Under the pieces are notes generated by a model, which saw nothing but the letters and a program-made list of their open reading frames with translations, was not told where the DNA came from and made no database searches. A stretch of 63,938 nt of DNA, counting the filler, from Octopus bimaculoides (lineage: Eukaryota), in assembly GCF_001194135.2 (NCBI RefSeq). It is 10 parts of 7 records of this genome, joined end to end, with 100 filler letters (N's around TTAATTAATTAA, not from the genome) between each part and the next. Parts side by side here need not be neighbours in the genome. Positions count along the whole stretch, not along the records: positions 47,409 to 62,811 come from NC_068992.1; positions 62,912 to 63,938 come from NC_068984.1; 8 more parts are not named here. One strand, 5' to 3'. A program made the position numbers and the translations under genes. Positions 52,076 through 63,938 of the stretch are shown one piece after another. How positions within the stretch are numbered: the first letter of the stretch is position 1; the number at the start of each line of letters is the position of its first letter.

Positions 52076-54244
52076 ATGAGCTTCTTTCAGTTTCCTTCTA
52101 TTAAATCCACATCCACCACAAAACTTTGGTTAGTCTGGGGTTACAGCAGAAGACACTTGCCCAAAGTGCTATGCAATGGGAATGAACCTAGAACCATGTA
52201 GTTTGGAAGCAAATGTCTTATCACATAGCCATGCCTACACCCAGTTAATCTCGGTAATTGACTGTTTATTTCATCATCTTAGTTGCCTCTGTGATGCTTC
52301 GTTAAGTAGCATTAACACTGGGTTTATTATTAGTGTTTCGTATACATCATCATCATTATCACAACTAATATTTTCTGTTTCTCGCTCTCTTCAAGTACTC
52401 TGTAATTATAAATATCCTCGATTAATTAATTAGTTATCATGCTCTATCAATATTTATTTCTAGTTACTTTATACATCAGCTTTTTCAACTGTAATGGCAG
52501 TGAGTGGGTAGATTTAAAAGAAGTTCTCATCCTGTTTACTGAGGTCCCAAGGTTATCTTCCCTTATCAAAGATCATACTGGTAAAACAGATCAAAGAGGA
52601 ATGTATTATAACTCAATTCTGGAAGTGTACTTACATCTTATGCCTGCTGTTCGAAAACAATTTGTAATTAGATTTTTTTTTTTAGGACAAATTTGTAATC
52701 AGTGTTATTAAAGAAAAAAAAAAATTCTGTGATCTAGTGCAGTTCATTTATTTCTATTTTGTGTATCATTATTATTATTATTATCATGGTGTTGGCAAAC
52801 TGGAAGAATTGCTGGCATGTCAGACAAAATGCTTAGCAAGTATTTCGTCTGCCATTACATTATGAGTTCAAATTCTGCTGAGGTCAACTTTGTCTTTCAT
52901 TCTTTCAAGGTTGATAAAATGATTACCAGTTGAGTTTCGGGGTTGATGTCATCAACTAGCCCCTTCTCCACAAAAATTCCAGGCCTTATGCCTTAAATAA
53001 GAACGATTATTATTATTATTATTATGATTATTATTATTATTATTATTATTACAGTAAGCACCATTATCATTATTATACTCATTTATTGTTATTATTATTA
53101 TTATTATCATTATTATTGGTTCTTCTTCATAAATTTTGTCACAGATCCTGTTTTGAAAGGCCCTTTTTCATTTCAGAATATGTTGATTTTCATTTCCTGT
53201 TTGGCTGGCCTGAAGCTGAATGGAATTATTAGAAAAATGTGTTGGGATTCCATAGCATGTATCCACCTCCATCACCATCAATATCATTGCTGCTGCTACT
53301 GCAGCACTTTATCACTTACCCTTTTGATATCTTCACAGCTAGTGTGTGAGCCAAGAAACTGGTTGGCACCAATTCCACAAAACCTGCTCATTGAAATCCC
53401 TCTGCCATTCATACTTTACTACACCTCTTTCTTTCCCTCTCCAATCTCTCTCTCTCTCTCTCTCGCTGTCATAAATTCGGAGCTAAACAATAAACATAGT
53501 CATTCTTTTTCACAGTTTTCTTTGCTCTGGAACTTCTTTTCCACCAATGTCTATTCATTCACCAACAGCCTTCTGGTTTTAACGAACTTAACAATTAATC
53601 ATACCCAGCTCACTGACTTTCTCTCCACCACCACCACTATTCCATTCAAGAGGTGAATGGGTGGATCCCCTTCTTATTAGGCTTTCACAAATGAAAGAAG
53701 TAAAAAACCTCACCATGAAATAATTATTACACCCCATTCTCTCTCTCTCTCCCCTCAACATAACTGTGTGTGCATGAACACTCTCGTTATTTATTCCTTT
53801 TAATCTTGCTTTTCTGAGATGTTTGCTTTCATCTTTTGATTTTTTTTGCCTGGCTGTTTACCAATATCTTGAGAACCAGGTAGAAATATGTTTGGCGAAA
53901 CCCCGTCTAAATGTTAGAGATTTCGAAATTCTTGAAATCATGCAAAGAATGGAAGAATGGCAACGGAAATATTTGGCAATTGGTAAACAATCTACAGTCT
54001 CCGCCTCCATTATTGAAGAGCTAACAACATCTATTGCAAAACAAAAATACAAAACTGTAAACAAAGAAAATGTCAATAGATCAGTGACATATTAAAATTT
54101 TTTTTAAATTATTTAATGAGCAGAGGAATGATTGTGTTCATGGTTTTTTTTTCAAGGCCTCTTAGACTGGTGGGAGAAGCGACCATAGCTCATGTTGCAA
54201 TAGCATACAGTGTATTAAAATATTGAGCTAACTACAAACCAGGG

Positions 54245-54635
54245 GTTTGTTCTGTGGTTGAGAAGATTGCTTCCCAACTTTGTGGTTTTGGGGTCAGTCT
54301 CATTGTGCAGTATTTTATGCAAGTGTCTTCTGTTATAGCCCTGAGCTGATCAAAGCCTTGTATGTGGATTCGGTGAATGGAAACTAAAAGAAGCCTATTG
54401 TGTGCATGCATGTACATGCACAATATTTTATGCAAGTGCTTTCTGTTATAGCCCTGAGCTGATCAAAGCCTTGTATGTGGATTTGGTGAATGGAAACTGA
54501 AAGAAGCCTATCTTGTGTGTGTCTGCACGTGCACAGTATGTTAGGCAAATGCCTTCTGTCATAGCCTTGGACTGACCAAAGCTTTGTATGTGGGTTTGGT
54601 GAATGGAAACTGAAAGAAGTCTCTTGTGTGTGTAC
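54245..54635 (+). repeat. Family A SINE followed by two tandem copies of its 3' half
   Basis: Three units of about 110 bp, each TAT(T/G)TTA(T/G)GCAA..G..TTCTGT(T/C)ATAGCC...CAAAGC(C/T)TTGTATGTGG...GGTGAATGGAAACT.AAAGAAG, starting near 54308, 54421 and 54533. Confidence 0.9.
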
Positions 54636-54984
54636 CATTGTCTATACATCACATCAGTATGTGATGATGATTTTCATTTGCAGCCTATGGACACCCAATT
54701 TTATCTCTGGAAAGAAGTGGTACATATTAATCTGGCTTCTATCTTTTAAACATGTCCAGCATGGGTGGTAGGTTTCTGCCAGGACTAGTGCTTCCACTGA
54801 CATAGCTCTTTAGATTATTGAGGCATACAAGCCACCACACAGCAACAAGGACTAAACCTTGTGATGGAACATATTTCTTACAGATACCAACTTATAAAAG
54901 TTTAATCTGAACATGAACTACATCAATCTGTCCAGTAAAGTTCATTGTCTTCAGCCCTTCCCTAGTGACTATAGAGCGTGTGCA

Positions 54985-55305
54985 TGGGCACTCTTGTGGT
55001 TATGACAATGAGGGTTCCAGTTGATCCAATCACTGGAATAGCCTGCGCGTGAAATTAATGTGCAAGTGGCTGAGCAATCCACAGATATGTGTACCCTTTA
55101 CGTAGTCCTCGGGGAGATTCAGCATGACATAACGTGACAAGGCCTGCCCTTTGAATTACAGGTACAAATCGTTTTTGCCAGCTGGGTGGACTGGAGCAAC
55201 ATGAAATGAATTGCCTTGCTCAAGGGCACAACACATTGCTCAGAATCGAACTCACAACCTTGCAGTTGCAAGTCGATTACTTTAACCACTAAGCCATGCA
55301 CCTTA
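54985..55305 (-). mobile_element. tRNA-type SINE (head like 30421, tail like 59818-60199)
   Basis: The reverse complement has a TGGCTTAGTGG / GAGTTCGATTC head and the tail GTAATTCAAAGGG..GCCTTGTC...GCTCAGCCACTTGCAC.TTAATTTCACG.GCAGGCT. Confidence 0.8.
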
Positions 55306-56192
55306 TAAAGCACACTCCGACAAAAAACATTATTCTATTTCACTTTCTTTTCCAAAATGGTAAGGTGTGATGTGATGGAGATTTGGCTGGTATTTCTACT
55401 AGCTGAATGACTGCATATTGGCTTGTTAATTTAATTATTGGTATTGTTGGTTGTATGATGAAGAAATGAAAAACAAACAAAAAAAAGCCTTAATGTTTGT
55501 TTCCTCTGAAATTCCTCGAAATGATCTAGATTCAGAAAAGTGTAGCTAACATCTCCATTTCTAGGTCATTAATTTTCAAATCAGGGCATCAGCTTCTCAT
55601 TAATCTTTTCCGGCTCTTCAAAATATTAGCACTCTTCATATATCCATCACCATATTGAATGATTCAAGGGTTAACGTGTATGTTATCCTAGCATAGGGTC
55701 CTGTACACTTTGGTTGTTCCTATTTCTATGGATTCCATGCCTCCCCCAGATTTGTTAGATAAAAGATTTTAGCTTTCTCTTTACCTCATTTTCTCTGTCT
55801 CCTCTTCCTTCAGTTTTATAACCATTTTATTATATTCCATATAAAGTGTAAAAATTCTTAAATTTGTCCAATGTCAGAAAAAGACTTTTTAACAAAACCT
55901 TCTTCAAAGTATGAGAAATGTTTCTATTTGTCTTTAGCCTATGGGAGACTGAAATCTCTGATAGGAAATGGCAGAAAATTTGTTGCACATATGTATGGGA
56001 GAGAAGTGACTGGAGAGAGAAAATGGTGTAATGTCCCATGGTGTGTAGTAATTTTGGACGCTGTGAGAGGGTGAATGGGTGTGCATTTCATTAGGAAGAT
56101 GGTTGGCTGGAAGGTGAAGGAGAGTGAAATCCAGTGTGTGGGGGGAGAGAGAGAGAGAGAGAGTGTGTGTGTGTAGACAAGTGGTGGTACAG

Positions 56193-56236
<44 letters not shown>

Positions 56237-56959
56237 TTGCTCTTTCATTCTTTATGCCTCTTATTTTCTCTTTTTCTCTACTTCATGCTCTTCTCTATTA
56301 CCTTCCATCCTCTCTTTTCTCCTATTCTCTTTCTCTCTCATTCTTCTCCTCTCTCTCTGTTTGTTCTACTCTTCTCTCTTTCACTAAACCCAACTCTTCC
56401 TCTCTCCTCACCTCTCCCACTCTCTTATTTCCTCTACCCCATCCCTACCATTCCCAGTTGCTCACCCCACATCCTCCATTCTTCCTTTCTATACTCACCC
56501 CCACCTACCCCCCACCATCTCTGTGGCTTCTCCATGTTTCTCCCTCTCCATCAACTCTATGACCCCATTGCTTTCTCATTACCTCACATCGCTCCTCATT
56601 GCTATGGCTGCTGTTTAGCTCTACACCTGTCTAATGTAATCAAGATTAAAGATATCACCACAAGTCTTACCTAACTGACTGACTAACATAACCACATTGA
56701 GATAACTGGTGGTGATTGTGCTAGAGTGGATCCTGCTTCAGTCTAGTGATGTTAGGAATAATTGCTGCATCTTATCTGATGGGGCTTTGACTTGAATTTA
56801 TCTTGGGGTATAAACCCATAAGCTGTTTGTGTGTGTGTGTGTGCTTATGGATTTACATGTTTGTGTGAAAACATGGGTAGACAAACAACTAACAGGTATT
56901 TAAATATATATATACATAGATCACACATCCATCGCATTTCAAAGAATCTCTCTCTCTCT

Positions 56960-56996
<37 letters not shown>

Positions 56997-58189
56997 TCAC
57001 ACTCACACTCACACACATCAAAACAAACATAATAGAACTTAGTACGTGTGTGTGTTATACTCTTGGCCCCTCTGCTGATCAAAATACACACACACACTCA
57101 CACACAAAGGATGAACTACAAGTTGCATTTTACAGCTGGGTACCCTTCCTGTCACTAATCTTTAAATGTTTTCCAAGTAAGAGATATCTTACTCCACACA
57201 TCTTTGAAGGCACAAAGCCAGTGAATGATTTGTTCGATAGGAGAAATATCAACAATATTACACAAATAAATATTTATAATGGGCTGCTTTTAGTTTTGAT
57301 CAGCCAAATCTACTTGCAAGGCTTTGGTCAGCTCAGGACAACGTACTGTGCACTGGGATTGAACTCAAAACTACATGGTTGTGAAGCAAACTTCATAACC
57401 ATACAGCCATGCCTGCCTAAGATTTAACTGTATTTTAAACTGAATTACAAAATAATCTGAAACTATGTTAGAAAATCTCCAGAGTTTCAACAGACCTGAT
57501 TAAGCCAAAATATAGACAGCTTAGTTGCTAGATTTTTCGAATTGAAAAATTTATTATCTATTACACTTTGCCAATAAGTTTATTTTCTATTCTTTTTTCC
57601 ATTTTTTTTTTTTTTACTGTGATAAAAAAAAATTGCATTGAATATTTTTGTAAACTTTCCAATTATTAAATTGAAGTTATTTTTTTTTCTCTCTATTTTC
57701 ATGTAAATAACACATTCAGGATGTTTATGCTACTCTCTATCTCTGTTTTAAACCCTTCGTGTCAGCAAAGAAAAAAAATGGATGTTTTTGAGTGTGTGGT
57801 AAGAAGCTTGCTCCCCAACCACGTGGTTCTGGGTTCAGTCTCATCTTGGCAACTATCTTATACATAGGTCAGTCAGTTCTGGTTGACAAAGTTGAAATCA
57901 AAACCTTTCTAGTTGTGACCATTCCATGTTTTCTTCACAGCCATGTTATATCTGGGACTACATGATTCAAAGTGTCTCACAATTTGAAGATTTGGTTGCT
58001 AATTTTAGTAGTGTGAGATGATTTAGAAGTTCCCTTGGCAATTGGAGTAAGTGGAATATTTTTGTTGCTAGATGTTTTTCTAAGGGGTAATATAGTGACT
58101 TTTAATAATATACACTTTGTAAAGTGCCAAACTACTCCTAAAAGCACCATAGACTTTTTGCCAGTTCTTCAATTAGTTCAAGTACTCAC

Positions 58190-58349
58190 CTTGTCAATGT
58201 CTTCATTTTTCCTTTGCTTGCTTAATTTCTTGGTAAGTGTTCTTGACTAATGTGTCTAGTCACATAGGAGAAACTTCTTGTACTACTAATAATAATGTTA
58301 ATACCACCACTACTACTAATAATAATAATAATAGTACACTTCTGCTGAC
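58190..58349 (-). other. Candidate 160-nt exon, probably UTR (possible ATG AAG ACA TTG ACA AG start)
   Basis: Near-consensus acceptor TTCTACTTTTGCAG|G and donor AAG|GTGAGTA. Stops occur in all frames across the full exon. Confidence 0.3.
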
Positions 58350-59706
58350 CTGCAAAAGTAGAATTTGTCAAAGGTAATTGCAAAGTTCTACTGCACTCTA
58401 GCCCAGCCTCCACAAAAAAAAACAAACAAAAAAAAACAAAGAGAGAAGGAGAGGAGACGAGGATGGATGTGTTAGTTAACGGAAGTAGTACTCAGTGTTT
58501 AGTCTTTGGACAACCCAGTATTAGCAGCACAAGACAAAAAGACATAGTTTTCAGCCATAAAGCAGACATCCTTTCTACTCAAGCCTTATGATTGATGGCT
58601 TGATAAAGAAACTTTGTCAGCTTACAGTAAATGCATGAAACCCATATGGAGTATTGACCTTAGGTTCACTAGTAAAGCAAACTTTATTCTAACTATTGTA
58701 TGCTGTATGTATCACCATCACCACTGGGCACATAGGTCTGCTTGGCTCTGTTTATTTGTTTGACAACATAGGCTCTTCCTGCACCAACTACAAATTCCAG
58801 TTGATTGGTTAAGATGTAGGAAAAGCATCCTCTGTTTTTAATGCAGCCCCTTAAGAAGAAATCTAGAGGGGCTTATATTTGGTGACCTAGATGGTCATGG
58901 AACTACTGGACTGCTTCTTCTAGTCCACCAGCTTGAAAAAGTTTCATTAAGAAACTCTTGAAAACTTAACCCCTACTGGGGCAGCGCACCATCTAGTTGG
59001 AAAAGAACTATTGGTTGTAAGTAGTACAATAGCTGTACAACAAATAGATACAATAAATTGTAGAAGTTGTAAAGATAATTTATGGACAACCTGTGTATAC
59101 TTAGTAATTTGATAAGTTAAATACCTAGCTGTTTGCACGTCTATACTGACCCTTTTATTATGGCAAAAATCGAAACAAATGACTATTGTTCTTGAATGTC
59201 ACAAAAACCTGCTACTGACTTGTATACTAAACCTTATTTTAATTAAAAACAGTAACCTATTTTTTTTTTATGGCTAGATTATCTCTTATAGCATTCTTTA
59301 GTATTTTGGTTTCTTAGGCCTGCAGAGAGCAACATATGTAGTTTTTTTTTCTTTTCTCTGAATATACAAAGTTGTGTGTCTCCCCATTCCAGTTGTGTAT
59401 TTCTATCAGCTGTGTAGCGAGATAGAAATGAGTAGCTGTGGAGTTTAATGTGCAGGATTGGCAGAAATGAGTTGTAACCTTTGCTCCAGTCATTATATTT
59501 TATGGCGGGATGTAAACAAGCCAACACCAGTTGTCAGGTAAAGTGTGAGGCAAGCACAAAAGAAGTGATCTTCTTAATAATGCCACCTCCCCACCACCAG
59601 GACAAATAGAGTTTGTTTACATCCCTGTAGCATAGCAGTTTAGCGAAAATGACCCTTAGGAAATAAGTACTGGGCTTCAAAAATAAGGAGTGTAGTCAAT
59701 TTGTTT

Positions 59707-60404
59707 GTGGAGGCACATGGCCTAGTGGTTAGAGCAGTGGACTCGCAGTCGAGAGATCGCAGGCTTGAATCTCAGACTGGGTGATGTGTGTATTTATGAG
59801 CAAAATACCTAAGCTCCGTGGAGGCGCAATGGCCCAGTGGTTAGGGCAGCGGACTCGCGGTCATAGGATCGCGGTTTCGATTCCCAGACCAGGCGGTGTG
59901 AGTGTTTATTGAGCGAAAACACCTAAAGCTCCACAAGGCTCCAGCAGGGGATGGTGGCGAACCCTGCTGTACTCTTTCACCGCAACTTTCTCTCACTCTT
60001 ACTTCCTGTTTCTGTTGTGCTTGTAATTCAAAGGGTCAGCCTTGTCTAACTGTGTCACGCTGAATATCCCCGAGAACTATGTTAAGGGTACACGTGTCTG
60101 TGGAGTGCTCAGCCACTTGCACGTTAATTTCACGAGCAGGCTGTTCCGTTGATCGGATCAACTGGAACCCTTGACGTCGTAAGCGACGGAGTGCCAACAA
60201 CCTAAGCTCCATGTAGCTCTGGCAGAAGGTAATGGCGAACTTCTGCTGACTCTTTCACCACAACTTTCTCTCACTCTTTCCTCCTGCATCTAGCAGCTCA
60301 CCTGCGATAGACTGGCGTCCTGTCCAGGTGGGGAGCCTATATGCCAATGAAACCGGGAAACCGGCCCTTATGAGCCAGGCTTGGATCGAGAAGGAACAAA
60401 CAAC
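59707..60404 (+). mobile_element. Nested SINEs: young copy 59818-60199 inserted in an older sibling
   Basis: The TSD ACCTAAGCTCC is at 59807-59817 and 60200-60210. Both copies start GTGGAGGC(A/G)CA(A)TGGCC.AGTGGTTAG.GCAG.GGACTCGC. The outer tail carries CTGCGATAGACTGGCGTCCTGTCCAGG. Confidence 0.92.
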
Positions 60405-62760
60405 CTGAATAACAAGTCAATTTGTTTGACTAAACATTTCAAGGTGGTGTCCCAGCATGGCTGCAGTCCAATGACTGAAACAAGTAAAGGATAAAACATA
60501 TCCATGACTGCCCCTAATATATTAATTTGTATAATGGAGAAATTTTTTCTGTGAAAAAACAAAGCAAAAAAAAAAAAAATCAAACCAGATGTAATTACAT
60601 ATATTTTCATTTATATAATGGAACCCGCCCCCTCTTCAAAAATAAAAAATTATCAGAACTAATCTATAATATTTACTAACTCCCTGATCCTGCTATTTAG
60701 GGCTAGGATGGAGTGTGGTCTAGCTTTATAATTACCTTTGAAAACTTAGAGCCAGCAAATTCAATAGTTTTTTTTTTTTTTCATATTTGTTTTTTGTTGT
60801 TTTTTTTTTCAATTGGAAATAACTGTTCTATACTGAGGTCAAAACAGAATCAATTTAATTTTGATTGAATAGAGAAATTTCATGTCCATTCATTCTTTCA
60901 TTTTATGTTTGTTGTTCATTCGCTACCATCACCACCACCACCACCACCACCACCACTATCCCCACCTCCCGCACATCACAGGTGGACTTCCACAACAAGA
61001 AAACCAAACAACAGTAGCCGCAACAAAGCATATAGAATCACTCTACTCAGTCCATTATTACATTTAGCTTGACGCATCTTAATTGAACTCATTAATAATA
61101 CATGGCAATAAAATTAACCATAAATAAATAAATATATAAAAAAAAACATCCCAAAACAGGCAAACAAACAAAGAAAAAATAACAAGCATACTAATGGAGT
61201 GAATTTGATTGCACATTCTTGATTATTCTCATATTTTCATATCCTGTTTCTATTTCTGTTTAATCCGATGCCCTCTCATAGTTTATATTTGTGTAAGGGG
61301 AGGCTGTGTGAATTTATTACAGGGACAGTGTGAAATAAAGAGGTAAAACAAGGTGCCATCTTCATTATCATCATTCAGTGTCCACTTTTTACATGCTTTC
61401 CATGGGGCAAGTGGAATTTTTTGAGGCAAATTCTCTCTGCCTGGATGCCCTTTCTGTTGCCAAAATTCCCCTGTTTCCAGGCAAAGTAATAATTCCCCCA
61501 TAGCAAGACCCGCTTTTTATGAAAGATTGGAGATGAATCAACATTGCGTGTATAATGGTGATGCCTATTTATGACGACCATGTGACATCAATTCAAGACT
61601 GCACACAAATGCATAAACACATACACACACACACATGACAGGATTCTTTCAGTTTCTGCCTACCAGATCTATTCACAAGGCTTTGCTCAAGGTGCCACAT
61701 AGTGGGACTAAACCTGAAGCCACATGGCTGGATCGCAAGCTTATTCACTGCACTGCTATGCCTGTGCTTATTACAATGAAATATATACACATATATATTT
61801 TAATGTCCACTTTTCTATGCTTGCATGGGTCAGATAGAGTTTATCAAGGTAGATGTTTTATAGCAGGATGCCCTTCCTGTTGCCAAAACTTACCTGTTTT
61901 CAAGCTAAGTAATATTTCTCCATGGCCTGACATGTTTTTGCAGAACATTGGAAATGAATGACATCCATTTACAACAATCACAGAGCCACTCTCTCGCACA
62001 CACACACACACACATGTGTTTATACACACACATGTTTATACCCATACATGATGAGTTTATCAAATCCATTCTCACAGCTTTGGCTAGCCTGGAGTATGGC
62101 AGAAGTATACTTGCACAAGATGCCACACTGTGGGACTGATTGAAACTAAGTGATTGGGAAATAAACTTCTTAACCACACACACACACACACACACACACA
62201 TGTATGTATGTATGCATGCATGCATGAATGTAGCAAAATAATGGTGAAGGACATGAACAACAATTAACAGAACAGCTCCCGTCCACCCATTCAAAACAGA
62301 AAAATCCAGCATGGCTGAACCCATTTCATCAACCATCTTCTCTACCTAGAGTCATTACAATTTCAGCAGCTTCTATTTTTTTTCTTTTAACCTATCATTA
62401 TACATGGTATGTCTCTTTTCAATGTGGACAGGAAATGAAATCTTCCCCACCCTCAAATTAAGGCTATTTATTTGTCTACTTACTCATTCATGGTTTAGTT
62501 TTGTTGCTGTAGATAATGTTGTCGTTTGGACTTCATTTGTTTCCCTCCATTGATTGCAGCCTTTTCGTCCTAGTTTATTCATTCTGCTAAATATATCTCC
62601 AAATGACTTACTTCTGTCTTTCTTTCTCGCTTTTAAAATCACTCCATGTGAATGTAAAAATGGAGGTCGGTGGAACAATGAGTCGAAGGCTGATAGGGAA
62701 ATGCAGGAAATTACTTTGAACTTTTATAATATTTCTGTTTTATATTCATCTTAGAAAATG

Positions 62761-62811
<51 letters not shown>

Positions 62812-62911
62812 NNNNNNNNNNNNNNNNNNNNNNNNNNNNNNNNNNNNNNNNNNNNTTAATTAATTAANNNNNNNNNNNNNNNNNNNNNNNNNNNNNNNNN
62901 NNNNNNNNNNN

Positions 62912-62942
<31 letters not shown>

Positions 62943-63845
62943 GATTTCATTTTTGACAATACATATTTTTTATAGACTTCCGATAACGCTTGCACAGTGA
63001 TATACAGTAACTTTGCTTATACTGCCTCTGATCGGAATTAAATGTTTGTGACCGGACTACAGTTTATGCGCTTGCCCGAACACAGGTAACCTTTCATTTG
63101 GATTATTACTATGCAAGCATTACATGATCGAATATCTCGACAATTTCATTCGCTATTTGCAGCTGATCTAAGCCATTAAACAATTTTCATTGCTTTTTTA
63201 TTTGACACATTTATTATCATTAATAGTGTGTTCTTACTACTTCTTTAATACTAATATTTTATTATAAAATTGTTTCAGTTTATGTTTCATTGTCTTTTTT
63301 TCAGTTAATATTCTTCATTTATTCATTATTGCTTTTTTAATATTAAATTCTCGTTCTGTTAGCAACTACTTTGCAATATTTCATATTATAGCTGTCTGCT
63401 TAAATTTTTACGCTTTCAACTGCTGCATACCTCTGCTAGCGTTCTACTAAGCATTATTAGTTTGTTGCTGTACCAACGGTAAATATGCTTTTAGGATTTT
63501 TNNNNNNNNNNTACATATGTACATATACACACGCAAACACACATAAATATATATCATGTATGACTGTGTGGAAAGAAGTTTGCTTTCCCACCATATGCTG
63601 CTAGTTTCATTCCCATTGTGTGCCACCTTTCACTATAGCCCCGGGCCCACTTATAGCTTGTGAGTGGAATTGGTAAACGAAAACTGAAAGAAGACCGTCG
63701 TACCGTCGTATACATATATGCATACTTACATACATATATATATATATACATGTATGTATGTATGTATGTATGTATGTATGTATGTATGTATTATGTATGC
63801 AGACACACTTCTTTTCTCTCTCCATTTTTTTCTTCAGCAATGATT

Positions 63846-63880
63846 TCTTTTGAAGAGCGTAGGCTCGAAACGTCAAAGAC
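63846..63880 (+). ncRNA. Degenerate hammerhead-like motif in a repeat
   Basis: TCTTT-TGAAGA-GCGTAGGCTC-GAAA-CGTC-AAAGA. Stem I is TCTTT/AAAGA, stem III is ACGU and the triplet is GUC; core C3 is missing. A decayed copy is at 51905-51931. Confidence 0.5.
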
Positions 63881-63938
63881 TTTTCCATTCTTCTAGATCG
63901 TAAAACTATTACAGTTGCTTGTTTTCTTTTTTTTCCTG

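Noticed and set aside
59818-59895. tRNA-like sequence
   Set aside because: It is a SINE head with A/B boxes but no closed acceptor stem, and it continues into the SINE body.

Overview
AT-rich, gap-ridden animal genomic DNA dominated by microsatellites and decayed transposons. The SINE families and repeat load suggest an octopus/cephalopod draft scaffold (inference). There is no intact long ORF and no gene I can name; almost all listed ORFs are microsatellite, N-gap or TE artefacts. Recognisable TE relics: a maT/DD37D-like Tc1/mariner element, two mariners, a Tc1-like 3' end, two Penelope-like (PLE) fragments, an R4/Dong-type RLE LINE, CR1/L2-type LINE pieces (5' and 3'), a fairly young 1.9 kb RTE LINE, a Gypsy integrase with its 3' LTR, a 5S rRNA-derived fragment and many tRNA-type SINEs. 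The most interesting signals are: (i) minimal type I hammerhead-ribozyme (HHR) motifs in non-coding repeats (complete at 21758-21794; related motifs at 21861-21915, 51905-51931 and 63846-63880); (ii) long fold-back palindromes and an inverted SINE pair that could form dsRNA; (iii) a SINE nested in a sibling SINE with an 11-bp target-site duplication, plus head/tail module swapping among SINEs; (iv) a CpG-depleted domain at about 47-62.8 kb that may mark a methylated gene body with small, unresolved candidate exons. I found no clearly new multi-gene system. TTAATTAATTAA inside 100-bp gaps is an assembly linker.
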